Assembly (NCBI GenBank): GCA_963555755.3
Contig: OY820905.2
Span: 704,001-768,000, forward strand
DNA length: 64,000 nt
Reading direction: 5' to 3'
From: Nitrospirales bacterium
Lineage (GTDB): Bacteria; Nitrospirota; Nitrospiria; Nitrospirales; UBA8639
This document shows positions 20,861 through 31,919 of the stretch, piece after piece. A program made the position numbers and the translations under genes. The notes beneath the pieces were generated by a model. That model ran no database searches. It saw only the letters and a program-made list of their open reading frames with translations, and was not told the origin of the DNA. How positions within the stretch are numbered: position 1 is the stretch's first letter; each line of letters begins with the position of its first letter.

Positions 20861-21868
20861 TTAATTGTAGATAAGCGACTTGAGGTAGTGGGGGGCCAGC
20901 CTGAACAGGGACAGGTCAAGTAGGGTGAGGGTGTCTTTTAAGGTCGGCTCCAGTCCCCCCAGGGTATTGCTATCAAAGATATTTTCATGGGGAATTTTAG
21001 CGTAGCGTTTTGCAAAATAGCCTCCGCTGTGGACTATATCCACTTGATAACCCTTGTTGTGTGCTACACCTTGAATGCTTTTTTGGGCCAGCACTTGATC
21101 AATAAACTCACCTTTTGTTTGCTGGTTTTTATAGATCTCCCCGGAGAGGAAGGCAGGCACAGCAAACTGCGTGTACGGGAACACCCCGAGAGTTTCCGGG
21201 TAATAGGTAAAACCTTCAAAATAGTTGCGGTACCCCAGTTGCGGGATTTTCATCAGGTCCTCAAAAACATCCGACTGAAAACCATCCACCCAAATATGCA
21301 GAATATTTTGTTGGCTTGAAAACTGATAGAAGTTCTCAAGCGCTGTGGTATCGCTCTTGATTTTTTCTTGGGTAATGGCGCTCCAATGTATGAGGACTTG
21401 TGAGCTACTGGTGATCAGTTGCAGTACAAAGACTGCGATGGCCCCATGTGTCATCAGCTTATGTCGACAGGTTGCTGCCAGATACAAGCTAGTGGAGATC
21501 ACCAAGATCCATAATCCCAGGTCCACCACACCGCGCCAACTGTCTTTATCCCAGTCGATATTTAAGCCGTTAAGGGTACCGTAGTTCCAGTTCAAGGCAT
21601 TGGCCTGAAACCACACGAGAAGGCCAAGGGCGCTTAGCAGGCAGATATAAAACACCTGTTGTTTTTGATTGAGCAGGCGGCCGGTGATAAACAAGACAAT
21701 ACAGCTTAACAGTGCTGGCACCAACACAAGTTTTAAAATAGGCCCAAGCGCCACAGAGAATTCATCCACATTGCCCAGGTAGAGGGTGGTGGGAATAAAC
21801 AGAAAAATATGCAGGATGAGAATTGAAATTATCAGGGGGAGTAAGTTGTTTTTCACGCCAAGTATCAT
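20861..21868 (-). CDS. Membrane-anchored sulfatase/LTA-synthase-like protein, probably C-terminally truncated
   Basis: About 5 TM, then NILHIWVDGFQSD and T...P...SG motifs. It ends next to the IS6 remnant. Confidence 0.6.
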   Translation of the reverse strand: MILGVKNNLLPLIISILILHIFLFIPTTLYLGNVDEFSVALGPILKLVLVPALLSCIVLFITGRLLNQKQQVFYICLLSALGLLVWFQANALNWNYGTLNGLNIDWDKDSWRGVVDLGLWILVISTSLYLAATCRHKLMTHGAIAVFVLQLITSSSQVLIHWSAITQEKIKSDTTALENFYQFSSQQNILHIWVDGFQSDVFEDLMKIPQLGYRNYFEGFTYYPETLGVFPYTQFAVPAFLSGEIYKNQQTKGEFIDQVLAQKSIQGVAHNKGYQVDIVHSGGYFAKRYAKIPHENIFDSNTLGGLEPTLKDTLTLLDLSLFRLAPHYLKSLIYN

Positions 21869-21961
21869 TGGGGGAATAGAAGATATAGACGCCCCCCTTT
21901 CGCATAGAGACGAGGGCTAGCATCAATGATGGATACCTCAATGTGGTAAGCTTTGTTTCTG

Positions 21962-22097
21962 CGTAACTACTCAGGTGGATAGGCTGAAGGCCGAAGGCTT
22001 TTAGGAAGCAATCATAATATGATCATACAAAACGCCGGGCATTACGAGGATTAGCCTTCAGTCTTTAGCCTTCAGCCTAAATACCTGAGTAGATACG
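21962..22097. mobile_element. MITE family F (other copies 38305-38439, 47461-47599)
   Basis: CGTAACTACTCAGGT...ACCTGAGTAGATACG with a 6-bp direct repeat TTTCTG. Confidence 0.85.
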
Positions 22098-22250
22098 TTT
22101 CTGCAACCACATGAACAAAAGGAGGCGTCTAGACGAGGAGAGAGAAATTTGCTCTTAAGCATACCTTGTCACTACAATTTTGATGTATAGTGGAAACGAA
22201 TGGATCCCTCTCCACGAGCATGTGCGCCGTGACAGAGAAATGGAAATTCC

Positions 22251-23588
22251 GTGAAACGACATTCTCCGTTAAAATCCTCACATGCTGTTTGCCAAATGAC
22301 GTGGTCTTTTCTACTAATCTTGATCCTCCCGTTGAATTCAAATGCCATTGACACTCTTGAAAATGAACAGAAAACAGAGCCAGTCACGACAGCACCCCTT
22401 TTGCCCTACCTTCAACGCGGGTTAGAAGTCACGACCCAGTATGAGGAATACACAGCACGCCTAGCCGCCGTTCATAATCGCCTCCGTAACACATTGGGCA
22501 AAGAGGCGCCAACGCTTCTCCCGAAACTGACCAAAGAGCCGCCAAGGCCCGTTCCATTTGGCTATCAGATGATTCCGCAATTGATCCCATCGAAACCACC
22601 GACCACACACCATCCACACATCATCACAACTTCTTACAGCTGGCCACGTACAGAACAAATGGTCGCTGCCGAACTCCGTAGACTGGACCAGTTGGAACAA
22701 CAGTTGGAATCCATTTCCACACAACCTCGTCGGATACAACACGGCTCGTTTGAACAGGTAGTGGCCCAGTACCTGAAACGAGAAAAAAATCAAATATTAA
22801 TCGACCGGCTCATGAAACACAATCGGTTTTGGCAACAAGCTATTCATAAAAACAAAACACGGTTCGACCGGCAGACACGACTCTATGATGCGACCATCGA
22901 ACGCCAAAAAATCCAGGAAACGTTGAACACGGCTCATTCTCCTGACCAACACACAACCTTAAAGAAACGCCACGATACCCTTACCCAGTTCATTGAGACG
23001 CATCGGGATGCCGAGCCATCCGCCCGATTTATTGTAGTCCTCCATCCCAACCCACACCTATGGATCATCCAAGTTCCCCTGTATTCCGACATTCAGGACC
23101 AATCATTCCTCCAGGCTTGCAAAGAGGCAATCGAAGAAGCCTGGCAGTTTAAAAACCAGAGCGTGGAATTTCGTGTTGAGGTATTGATGACAGCCATAGC
23201 ACCCCAGGATTTATATCGCCCGGCTGCGCACCCGCCCGATGGCACCCATATCAATCTTAAGGCCCATGTCGCACGATTTCCGAAAGCTGGAGGGGTGCTG
23301 ACCACTGGAACAAAATCGACCCATGCCATCCCTCGCCGATCCATTGTTTTAGGTCCCAAAATAATCGGGACCAGAACATTGGCACATGAATTTGGACACA
23401 TCTTAGGATTTGCCGATCGTTACTTCAGGGGTTACCGAGACCTGGGAGTAGAAGGATATAAAATTCTAGAAGCTGTACCAAACCTTTTCGACATTATGGC
23501 CTCGCCTGGAAATGGGCAAGTATTGCGCTCACATTTTAACGACCTTCTGTCTGGGAGAACCTCTGAATTCACCAAACAGACTCCCTGA
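22251..23588 (+). CDS. Secreted protein with a C-terminal zincin motif
   Basis: Signal-like hydrophobic N-terminus, helical region, LAHEFGHILGF and a DIM Met-turn-like motif. Confidence 0.7.
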   Translation: MKRHSPLKSSHAVCQMTWSFLLILILPLNSNAIDTLENEQKTEPVTTAPLLPYLQRGLEVTTQYEEYTARLAAVHNRLRNTLGKEAPTLLPKLTKEPPRPVPFGYQMIPQLIPSKPPTTHHPHIITTSYSWPRTEQMVAAELRRLDQLEQQLESISTQPRRIQHGSFEQVVAQYLKREKNQILIDRLMKHNRFWQQAIHKNKTRFDRQTRLYDATIERQKIQETLNTAHSPDQHTTLKKRHDTLTQFIETHRDAEPSARFIVVLHPNPHLWIIQVPLYSDIQDQSFLQACKEAIEEAWQFKNQSVEFRVEVLMTAIAPQDLYRPAAHPPDGTHINLKAHVARFPKAGGVLTTGTKSTHAIPRRSIVLGPKIIGTRTLAHEFGHILGFADRYFRGYRDLGVEGYKILEAVPNLFDIMASPGNGQVLRSHFNDLLSGRTSEFTKQTP

Positions 23589-23616
23589 CCGTCTGTGCTG
23601 CCAGGGCAAATATCCT

Positions 23617-25821
23617 TCACTTTAAATTGAGTAGGATTGGCGTAGCCCCTGCTGCAACAAGCCTTTTCTTAGACTGCATCCGTAGATCACGGTGTGGACC
23701 CTGTTCCAAATATCGTTGATCGTAGAACACGGCTTCGGTTTCCTTTTCGAGTTTCCAATAAACAGTCGCAAGACGGTGAAGTGCTTCAAAATACTGGGGG
23801 TCGATCTTGATCACTTTATGAAAGAAAATCGCACTTCGCTTCCATTCCGTTTGACCAGTCCCATGAAGGTACGCATAAGCCAGATTGAAATTCCCCTGGC
23901 GATGATTTGGGTCAACTTTGAGAAGTTGTTCGTATCGTTGGATCGCAAGCGCTCGCTCCCCTTGCTTTTGATAAGCAAATGCTTCAGCAAAAATTTGAGC
24001 CGCAGCTGGTGAATGCGGTCTGTTCTGTAACAGCGCAATGCGGTTTCCTACCCATACCTGACCCGGATCAAGGGCCTGCAATCTTTTGAGTGCGAGAATG
24101 GCATCGGATAGCCTTCCCTGTTTCTCATAGAAAGTCGCCAAAAACCGGTACCCCTTTAAATAATTCGGTCGCAGCTTTAGCGCTTGGCGAAATTCTTGTT
24201 CGGCCTCGGCGAGGTTCCCGTTTTCTCCCAAGCCATAGGCTAGATACAAATGGGCTTCCGGAAGACTAGGCCACAGCCGCACCGCCGTCCGAAGATGCGC
24301 AAGGCCCTTGTCTATATTGTGTCGTTTGACGTGGGCAAACCCCAGATTCAAATGGGCAAACGCATAAGACCCCAGCCTGACCGCTTCCTCAAATTGAACC
24401 AGCGCCTCGTCGGCTCGCCCCGCGCCTTCCAGGGCCAAACCATAATTCATGTGGGCCCGCCAGGTCCCATCGTGCAAAGCGGCATCGCCCCAGAGAGTCA
24501 GGTCTGATGACCAAATGTGGTTGCGAGCTCTGGTCTCATAGCCCATCCCAAAGAAGATAACAAGCATTAGAATGATGGTGAATGGTTTTCCCCAATGCGC
24601 ACCAATGGACCACTTTGAAATCCGAACCGGAAACATGTGCCAAAACTTGACCCCCAGGAATCCGGTCACTGCACACAAGCCTGCCAATGATAAATAGACC
24701 CGATGTTCATTCACCAATTGCCCAAGAACTACCACATAGGATGTGAGTAGTAGACCGGTTGGAAACCACAACGTCCAAAACACGAGGTATTTGTAATGTC
24801 GAAAGCGAAATAAGAGGTAGGCAATCCCAATGATGATGACGATGGAGAGAAGCACCTGCACGTCCAAGATTGAGTCTGAAAGGGGATACTCACGATCGAC
24901 GTTTAACCCAACCGGTAGGATCGCTAGCTTCAGGTAGTACCACACCAGTGCCTTGGTTTGAGTCAGGTAATAAAACAATATTGGATGCCCTTCCTTCACG
25001 ACTTCGCCTGGACTAGGAACCACAACTTGGCGGATTCCAAGATACAGAAGAGAAATCGCCCAATAGGGACAATGCTTAAGAAATTGCGTTCCAAGGGATT
25101 TCCATAGAAGACGCCCCTTTAAAAAAAAGGCATCCCCATAAATGAGATCCCAGAGAATGAGCATCAAGGGTAGGGAGATAGCGGTGGGTTTTCCGAGCAA
25201 TGCCAAGAAATATGCAGCCAAAGATCCGGCAAGGTACAGCCATTTCCGTTTTCCCGAATCGGCCGTATCTCGGCCATAGACAACCAGAAAACCATAGAAA
25301 CTAAGAAGGTAGAAAAAAACTGTGAGAGGAACTGCCTGAGAACTAATGTAGTTCACCGATTCCGATGCCAAGGGATGAAGAGCAAATAGAGCAGCCGACA
25401 AGAACGGTACCCAGGCATACTGGTCTGAAGGTAATCCCCCTGCCGAACGCCCCCCTCGACAAAGAAACACACGAAGAATCGCAAAAAGCAACAACACGTT
25501 ACCCATGTGTAAACAGACACTGACGATATGGAAAGGGAATGTGTCTCCCCCTCCAACCCACCAACTCAAAGCCATGGAAGTCAGAAAGAGGGGCCGATAA
25601 TCGCGGTTCCCTGGCAGAAGGGAAAACGTGGAAATATCCACGAAAAAGGAGGGGATATTTTCGGGGCCCCTGACCGCAGGGTTTTGCGGAATGACATGCC
25701 AATCATCAAATTCAAATGGATTATGAAGAGAGTTTCCGTACGCCCCCCAGACCAAAAGGGCCAAGACGATTGCTTGCCCCAAGGGTTTATTCAGGAAAGT
25801 CATGAACTGTTTAATAAACAT
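23617..25821 (-). CDS. TMTC-like membrane glycosyltransferase (GT-C) with TPR repeats
   Basis: FDD, YRPL, LFALHP..ESVNY, EHRVYL, RNHIW and C-terminal TPRs. Confidence 0.8.
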   Translation of the reverse strand: MFIKQFMTFLNKPLGQAIVLALLVWGAYGNSLHNPFEFDDWHVIPQNPAVRGPENIPSFFVDISTFSLLPGNRDYRPLFLTSMALSWWVGGGDTFPFHIVSVCLHMGNVLLLFAILRVFLCRGGRSAGGLPSDQYAWVPFLSAALFALHPLASESVNYISSQAVPLTVFFYLLSFYGFLVVYGRDTADSGKRKWLYLAGSLAAYFLALLGKPTAISLPLMLILWDLIYGDAFFLKGRLLWKSLGTQFLKHCPYWAISLLYLGIRQVVVPSPGEVVKEGHPILFYYLTQTKALVWYYLKLAILPVGLNVDREYPLSDSILDVQVLLSIVIIIGIAYLLFRFRHYKYLVFWTLWFPTGLLLTSYVVVLGQLVNEHRVYLSLAGLCAVTGFLGVKFWHMFPVRISKWSIGAHWGKPFTIILMLVIFFGMGYETRARNHIWSSDLTLWGDAALHDGTWRAHMNYGLALEGAGRADEALVQFEEAVRLGSYAFAHLNLGFAHVKRHNIDKGLAHLRTAVRLWPSLPEAHLYLAYGLGENGNLAEAEQEFRQALKLRPNYLKGYRFLATFYEKQGRLSDAILALKRLQALDPGQVWVGNRIALLQNRPHSPAAAQIFAEAFAYQKQGERALAIQRYEQLLKVDPNHRQGNFNLAYAYLHGTGQTEWKRSAIFFHKVIKIDPQYFEALHRLATVYWKLEKETEAVFYDQRYLEQGPHRDLRMQSKKRLVAAGATPILLNLK

Positions 25822-25950
25822 GGATAACGAGATACCGCTCCAACGAAGGGGTTGTTGATTCTATGGCATTCAATTTCTTTGTGGGCCTGTCAAATATATT
25901 ATTCCGATACCCACCAAAAGCTCCTGAAGAGCTATACATTATTAATGGGC

Positions 25951-26095
25951 GGGAATGTTCAAACAAGCATGCCCTGAGTCTTTCCGAAGGGTCTATCCAG
26001 CAAGGCCGCAGCCTTTTTGACGCGCGGAGCGTACTCATGTACGTGAGCACGACAAAAGGGCGAGAACGCCGCTGGCGGCTTTTTTCAACATTTCC
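25951..26095. mobile_element. Hairpin MITE family A
   Basis: Near-identical to 27425-27570. Confidence 0.8.
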
Positions 26096-26284
26096 TGTAT
26101 CAGTTATTGCAAAGCAGGCAAGTCGAATCAATCTTTATCGGTACGTAGTTTGACGTATTCGGACCCTTACCCTATTGCAGAGGTTTGACCGTCGATGCCA
26201 AACTTCAGCACACTTCCCTAGGATAACAACAATGCTTCGTGTGAATCTTGGTACAACACATGACCATCATGCCGTGAACTCATA

Positions 26285-27274
26285 ATGCGATCTGAATCAA
26301 AACCCCACTCACCCCTCTCCCTCCTGGTGGCCATTCCATGCTTGAATGAAGAGCAGACAGTTGCCCGTGTTATCAACGACATCCCCCGTGAGATCAAAGG
26401 GATCGGACGCATAGACGTCCTCGTCATTGACGATGGATCTACTGACCAAACCGCCTTGCAAGCTCGAAAAAAAGGAGCTCAGGTGATAAAGCATCAGACC
26501 ACCCTGGGGTTAGGCATGACATTTCGAGAAGCGGTTGAGGTCGCACTCATCAAAGGTTCAGACGTGCTCGTCCATATTGATGGGGACGGGCAATTTGACT
26601 CAAATGACATTCCATTACTCGTCGGTCCCGTGATAGAGAATCACACCCACATGGTGACGGCCTCAAGATTTGCAGATCGCAAACTCGTGCCCACGATGCC
26701 AGCGGTAAAACGATGGGGAAATAAATGGATAGCGCGCATTGTGTGGTTACTGACGGGACAACGATTTCATGACGTCTCCTGTGGATTCCGCGCGTATTCA
26801 CGGGAAGCCCTTCTACGCATGAACCTCTTCGGAAGCTTCACCTACACGCAGGAAGCGTTTCTTGATTTGGCCTTTAAAAATCTTTCTATTGTAGAAGTGC
26901 CTGTTAAGGTTCGAGGGACTCGTGAGTTTGGTACCTCTCGTATGGCTGCCAGCATCCCGCGGTACGCCCTTCGCTCGCTTCAAATCATGCTCCGAGCATT
27001 TATTTCGTACCGTCCCTTTACCCTATTCAGTCTTCTAGGTTGCCTGTTTTTGGGTGTCGGCCTAAGCTTTCTTTCATTTCTGGGATGGCACTATGTACAC
27101 ACAGGAACGTTCTCACCCCATATTTGGGCTGGATTTATTGGAGGTTCCTTTGGTTTCCTGGGTATCTCCACCCTCATCATTGGCCTCATTGGGGATATGC
27201 TAGTGCGCATACGAATGAATCAAGAACACATTCTGTATCATCTGAAAAATAGAGGTAGCAGCCACCGAGATTGA
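26285..27274 (+). CDS. GT2 glycosyltransferase (polyprenyl-phosphate sugar synthase-like)
   Basis: IPCLNEE, DDGSTD, DGDGQ, D..CGFRAY and 2 C-terminal TM. Confidence 0.88.
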   Translation: MRSESKPHSPLSLLVAIPCLNEEQTVARVINDIPREIKGIGRIDVLVIDDGSTDQTALQARKKGAQVIKHQTTLGLGMTFREAVEVALIKGSDVLVHIDGDGQFDSNDIPLLVGPVIENHTHMVTASRFADRKLVPTMPAVKRWGNKWIARIVWLLTGQRFHDVSCGFRAYSREALLRMNLFGSFTYTQEAFLDLAFKNLSIVEVPVKVRGTREFGTSRMAASIPRYALRSLQIMLRAFISYRPFTLFSLLGCLFLGVGLSFLSFLGWHYVHTGTFSPHIWAGFIGGSFGFLGISTLIIGLIGDMLVRIRMNQEHILYHLKNRGSSHRD

Positions 27275-27424
27275 TCAACCGAAAAGTCAAAAGGGTGAGC
27301 AAAGACATTCATTTAGGATCTAACCATCATATCCGTACAAAAAGTTTAATCTACTTGGGGCTGTTGAATTTTTCACGCAAATTGCAAAAAAAGGGTCAGG
27401 ATGAGCCAAGCATTTTCAAGGGGA

Positions 27425-27570
27425 GGGAATGTTCAAAAAAGCATGCCCTGAGTCTTTCCGAAGGGTCTATCCAGCAAGGCCGCAGCACTTTTGACACGCG
27501 GAGCGTACTCATAGTACGTGAGCATGGCAAAAGGGCGAGAACGCCGCTGGCGGCTTTTTTCAACATTCCC
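27425..27570. mobile_element. Hairpin MITE family A
   Basis: GGGAATGTT...AACATTCCC. Confidence 0.8.
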
Positions 27571-27605
27571 TCCTTGGTCTTATCGATCAGTCGCTGTAAA
27601 AGCCA

Positions 27606-28727
27606 ATGCCAAGTAACAAGCGCCTCCCTCCACTGACAATATTTACTGGCACCAAGGCCCAGTTCATCAAGATGGCGCCACTCGCCATGGAATTTCAGCG
27701 CCGTGGGTGGCGACATCAGATCATCGATACCGGTCAGCACGCCACCCTCGTAAAGCACATCATTGACCAATTTCACATTCAAAGTCCGATTCGCTATTTG
27801 GCGCCTGGAGAATCTGGTGTGGCCACGATACCAGCTGGCTTGCGGTGGATGTTTCGCCTCCTTTGGATGCTCACGAACCAGACAACCGTCTTGAAAAAGG
27901 ACTGGTTTTGTGGGACAGAAGGATGGTGTTTTGTCCACGGTGACACCGCCTCAACACTTCTTTCGACATGGTTAGCCAAACGGGCGAATCAGCGTGTGGC
28001 CCACGTGGAAGCGGGGCTTCGTAGTCATCGGTTGCTCCATCCTTTTCCAGAAGAACTGATCAGAATTCAGGTGATGCGCAGCGCTGATCTGCTCTTTGCC
28101 CCTTCCGTAACAGCCTATCGCAATCTTCAGAACATGGGACTCGCTGAACGTTCTCACCTATTGCCGGGCAATACAAATCTTGACACCCTGAATTTTACCC
28201 TAAAGCAAGAGCCACCCAACCTTCCCGATCTTCCACAAAGGTATGGCCTCGCCACGATCCACCGTTTGGAGACCCTGTATAGCCCGAGCCGTCTCAAACA
28301 AGTCATTCAATATGTCCTGCAGGCTCAAAGGAGCATGTCCCTGGTGTTTGTATTACACACCCCAACCGAACGACGCTTGGAAGCAACAGGTTTGGATCGA
28401 CAATTAAAAAAGGCTGGCGTCTTGTTTCTTCCACTTCTAGACCACACGAGCTTTATCCATATATTGAAAAAGGCGCAGTTTGTGATGACTGACGGAGGGA
28501 GCGTACAGGAAGAGGCATGTTATCTTGGAGTACCCTGCCTTCTTCTCAGAAAGGCAACGGAGCGAGACGACGGTCTTGGTGAAAATGTGGTTCTTTCCCA
28601 ATTGAAAGCGGATGTGGTCCAGGATTTTCTCGACCATTACACAAGCTACCAAAGGCCCATGCGCACGTTACAATTCGAAAGTCCCAGTGCGGCTATCGCT
28701 GATAAAATCATGGCATTGTACAGTTGA
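27606..28727 (+). CDS. wecB: UDP-N-acetylglucosamine 2-epimerase
   Basis: TGQH, HGDT, HVEAGLRS, PFPEE and TDGGSVQEE motifs. Confidence 0.88.
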   Translation: MPSNKRLPPLTIFTGTKAQFIKMAPLAMEFQRRGWRHQIIDTGQHATLVKHIIDQFHIQSPIRYLAPGESGVATIPAGLRWMFRLLWMLTNQTTVLKKDWFCGTEGWCFVHGDTASTLLSTWLAKRANQRVAHVEAGLRSHRLLHPFPEELIRIQVMRSADLLFAPSVTAYRNLQNMGLAERSHLLPGNTNLDTLNFTLKQEPPNLPDLPQRYGLATIHRLETLYSPSRLKQVIQYVLQAQRSMSLVFVLHTPTERRLEATGLDRQLKKAGVLFLPLLDHTSFIHILKKAQFVMTDGGSVQEEACYLGVPCLLLRKATERDDGLGENVVLSQLKADVVQDFLDHYTSYQRPMRTLQFESPSAAIADKIMALYS

Positions 28728-28850
28728 GGATGGGATCACATTTTGCTGTGCTCCCATCTGGAATGTTACACATGATTTCATTACTCGCGAGCCCGTCCCT
28801 GTGAATTATTCAATTGATACGCTGCACAAGAATCTCATGTCCTCTGAGCG

Positions 28851-29792
28851 GTGGAAAAAGGAACTTGCGTGAGCATCGAAGAATTCACGGCAAAGGGGAT
28901 TTCTTGGTGGAGAGAGCGAGGCTCGCAGTTCGCCTCCGGTAATCCGAAAGTACGTTCATGGTTCTGGAGTGGCGGGCTCGTCCTCTTCCTTGGTGGCCTC
29001 TATATCGCTGTGCGTGAATTTCCGGGAAACTGGGAGGGCGTCAACCTAGGCCCCGCGCTCTTCGTGTTGTTGGGGTGGGTCCCGTTGACGCTCGCTATCG
29101 GGTCGCTTGAACTGTGCATCATGGCTCGGCAACTCAACACCCGCCTCGCCTTTGGTGCCGCCTCTCGCATTGTGATCCTCGGCGCCGCAGCAAATATACT
29201 TCCTATCCCCGGCGGCCTCATCGCGCGGGTCGTGGGGCTCCGGGCCGCAGGCGCTGGGGTCAAAGGCAGCTTCACATTGACGATGTGTAACGCCGGTTTG
29301 TGGATTGGCGTATCTTGCATCGTGGGCGGAATCTCTCTTCTTCGAGGAAACAGGATGGAACTCGGTGTTGTACTCATCAGCGCCGGGGTATGTATGTCAC
29401 TCGGGATGGTCTGGGCGATGCTCTGGCTAGGCAGTCGGCTTGGGTTTGCCCTCCAGGCCGTCATTCTCAAGCTGATGCTGGTGCTGGCCGACGCGGCACG
29501 CATCTGGTTCTGTCTGCAAGCGTTCAATTTCCCTTATGCCTTCACCCAAACGATGGTGCTCGTTCTCGCGAGTGTGTTGCGAAATACTGTGACTGTAGTG
29601 CCCGCGGGCCTTGGCGTCGGTGAGGTCCTTTCTGCGATTCTGGCGCCACTCACCGCCATGTCCGCTGCTGGTGCTTTTATTGCGGCGGCACTCAATCGTA
29701 TCCTTGAATTACTGGTCATATTCCCAGTGGCGGCAGCGCTTGCCGCAGCAGACAGCCGGCATACCACCTCGGGAAACGATAAGAAGGCATGA
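28851..29792 (+). CDS. Membrane protein resembling the lysyl-PG synthase TM/flippase domain
   Basis: Multiple TM segments; VPAGLGVGE motif. Confidence 0.6.
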   Translation: MEKGTCVSIEEFTAKGISWWRERGSQFASGNPKVRSWFWSGGLVLFLGGLYIAVREFPGNWEGVNLGPALFVLLGWVPLTLAIGSLELCIMARQLNTRLAFGAASRIVILGAAANILPIPGGLIARVVGLRAAGAGVKGSFTLTMCNAGLWIGVSCIVGGISLLRGNRMELGVVLISAGVCMSLGMVWAMLWLGSRLGFALQAVILKLMLVLADAARIWFCLQAFNFPYAFTQTMVLVLASVLRNTVTVVPAGLGVGEVLSAILAPLTAMSAAGAFIAAALNRILELLVIFPVAAALAAADSRHTTSGNDKKA

Positions 29793-29861
29793 GAACGCCA
29801 AACCATGAATTATTCGTGCTTCGGCGATATTCCGAAGACCGCAACAGAAGTGTAAACGAGA

Positions 29862-30704
29862 ATGCCTGATCCTCATTTCGCGATGCCATCCGGGGTGCCG
29901 ACGGATATGCAATACGCGCATGTCGTCGATTCCGAATTGTTCAGGACGCTCGAAGAATTTTCGGACAGTTTCCTCACCAACCATCCCAACGTGCAGGAAT
30001 CCTATGGCTGGGTGCGCGACCCCCTGCACCAGTGGAGCCGCCAATGGGAATATCCTTTTGTCATGCAGAGCATTATCAGCAATGTGCAACGCCAACCAGG
30101 CAACGAAATTCGTGTGTTGGATGCTGGATCCGGAGTCACGTTTTTCCCGTACGTGCTGCAAAGCAGGATGCCCAACCTCACCGTCACCTGTTGTGACTAC
30201 GATACGTCGCTCGCGGACATCTTTCGAATAGTCAATGACGCCGGCGGTTCGGGCTCACCGGTGGAGTTTCGACAGGCCGACATGCGCCAACTGCCATTTG
30301 ACGATTCCAGCTTCGACGTTATCTATTGTGTGTCTGTATTGGAGCACACGGATTCCTACCCGAAGATCGTCAAAGAATTCTATCGGGTGCTGCGACCGGG
30401 TGGATTGTTCGTGACCACGTTTGATATCGGACTGGATGGCGTGTCGGATATTCCGCCGACAGAGGCGCTGCAGCTGACGAAATGTATCGAGGCAAGTTTT
30501 GATCCGATTGATCTGCCGCCGGATTCCACAGTGGTTAATTCCGAGTCAGTTTCCTCGAGAAAAATCGGGGCGCGGAATCCTGAATTGCTACCCTGGCGAT
30601 ATCCGTCCTTGTCGTGGCTAACAACCGTGGTGAAGCGGCGGCGCGTTCCCCGCAGAATTGGCAAGAATCTTTCGGTCTTTTGTGCCGACTATAGAAAAGT
30701 GTAG
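29862..30704 (+). CDS. Class I SAM-dependent methyltransferase
   Basis: SRQWEYP, VLDAGSG, LPFDDSSFDV, SVLEH and RVLRPGG motifs. Confidence 0.88.
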   Translation: MPDPHFAMPSGVPTDMQYAHVVDSELFRTLEEFSDSFLTNHPNVQESYGWVRDPLHQWSRQWEYPFVMQSIISNVQRQPGNEIRVLDAGSGVTFFPYVLQSRMPNLTVTCCDYDTSLADIFRIVNDAGGSGSPVEFRQADMRQLPFDDSSFDVIYCVSVLEHTDSYPKIVKEFYRVLRPGGLFVTTFDIGLDGVSDIPPTEALQLTKCIEASFDPIDLPPDSTVVNSESVSSRKIGARNPELLPWRYPSLSWLTTVVKRRRVPRRIGKNLSVFCADYRKV

Positions 30705-30975
30705 CCACAGGATAGATGACGCAGACAATCATGATGATCCCGACGCTCTGTATGACGCCGAGTATTTTGGAGGTTGCCCCGTCGAGCCCCATCCAATTCA
30801 ACAGATTCTCGCACACCTGAAACTTGATTCGTCCGATCATGTTTGCGAGTTCAGCTCCAGGTTACGCTTAGAAACGGAGCCAAAATTTTTGAAGGTGTCT
30901 GGGAACCCCTGCCGTGACTCCAGTGCCTTGGCAAAAAAAAAGATCGACCAAGCCGCGCAATGTACGTTTTGTCCC

Positions 30976-31919
30976 TCAGGGGCTACCGGTATGCACGACG
31001 TCACCATGACGAGCGGCTTCGCGGGCTTCCATATTGGCCAACCTGGTGGCCAACGCTTGCAAATGCTCATACTGTCGTTGCACCAAGGTCAGGAGGGACT
31101 GAAGCTGTTCAAGTTGTTCCGCCTGGGCTTGCATCGTCGACTCTTGCGCAAGATTCTTATCCGATTCAACTTCAAGTTTCCCGTGTTGTTTCTTCAGTTC
31201 ATTCAGCAGAATCGCGATGAGCTTAAAATACTGCACGGTTTCCACTTGCCCGTCCTTGCCATACACCACCAACTCAGGAAACACCTTCGCCACTTCTTCG
31301 GCAATGAGTCCAAATTGAATCGGTTGCGACCCATCAGCCGACGGTTGCTTGTATCGAAACGTCACCGGCCGTAAGGCAAGAAGTTTCTCGCTAATCCCAT
31401 TCATATCCTGGATGTCTTCTTTGTAGCGTTGAGAAGAAGACACCGTTCCAAGTTGTCCTTGGGAATCAATTACCACATCCGCCACCCCCGTGGTTGTGCC
31501 ACGGATGCCAGCGATAAAGGCATGGTCATGGATAGACCCATCCCCGATCCGGATCGTGTTATCTTCACCCGCAACTCCGTCGTGGTTCATATAAATATTG
31601 TCACTGCCAGTCGTCTGGTTAATTCCCGCTGCTTCCCCAATATAAAAATTGCCATCGCCACTGGTTTGGTTCATCCCTGCCGCTCGCCCAATATACGTAT
31701 TGTCATCGCCGCTGCTCTGGAGTTGTCCCGCCGCCTGACCAACGGCTGTGTTGCTACTACCTTGATTATTGAGAAGTGAAAGTCCTCCAACACCGGAATT
31801 CTGACTTCCTGAAACATTATTCAGGAGTGACCGGTTGCCCAGGGCCGTATTGGCAGCACTTCCCACATTCGAATTCAGAGACAAATTTCCCATAGCCGTA
31901 TTGAAACTGCCGGTATTTC
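30976..31919 (-). pseudogene. Tail-fibre/adhesin-like protein with peptidase S74 chaperone domain, 5'-truncated by ISL3
   Basis: NTAxG repeats, SSQRYKEDI, LRPVTFRYK, FGLIAEEV..VFPELV and a coiled coil. The ORF start lies inside the IS. Confidence 0.8.
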
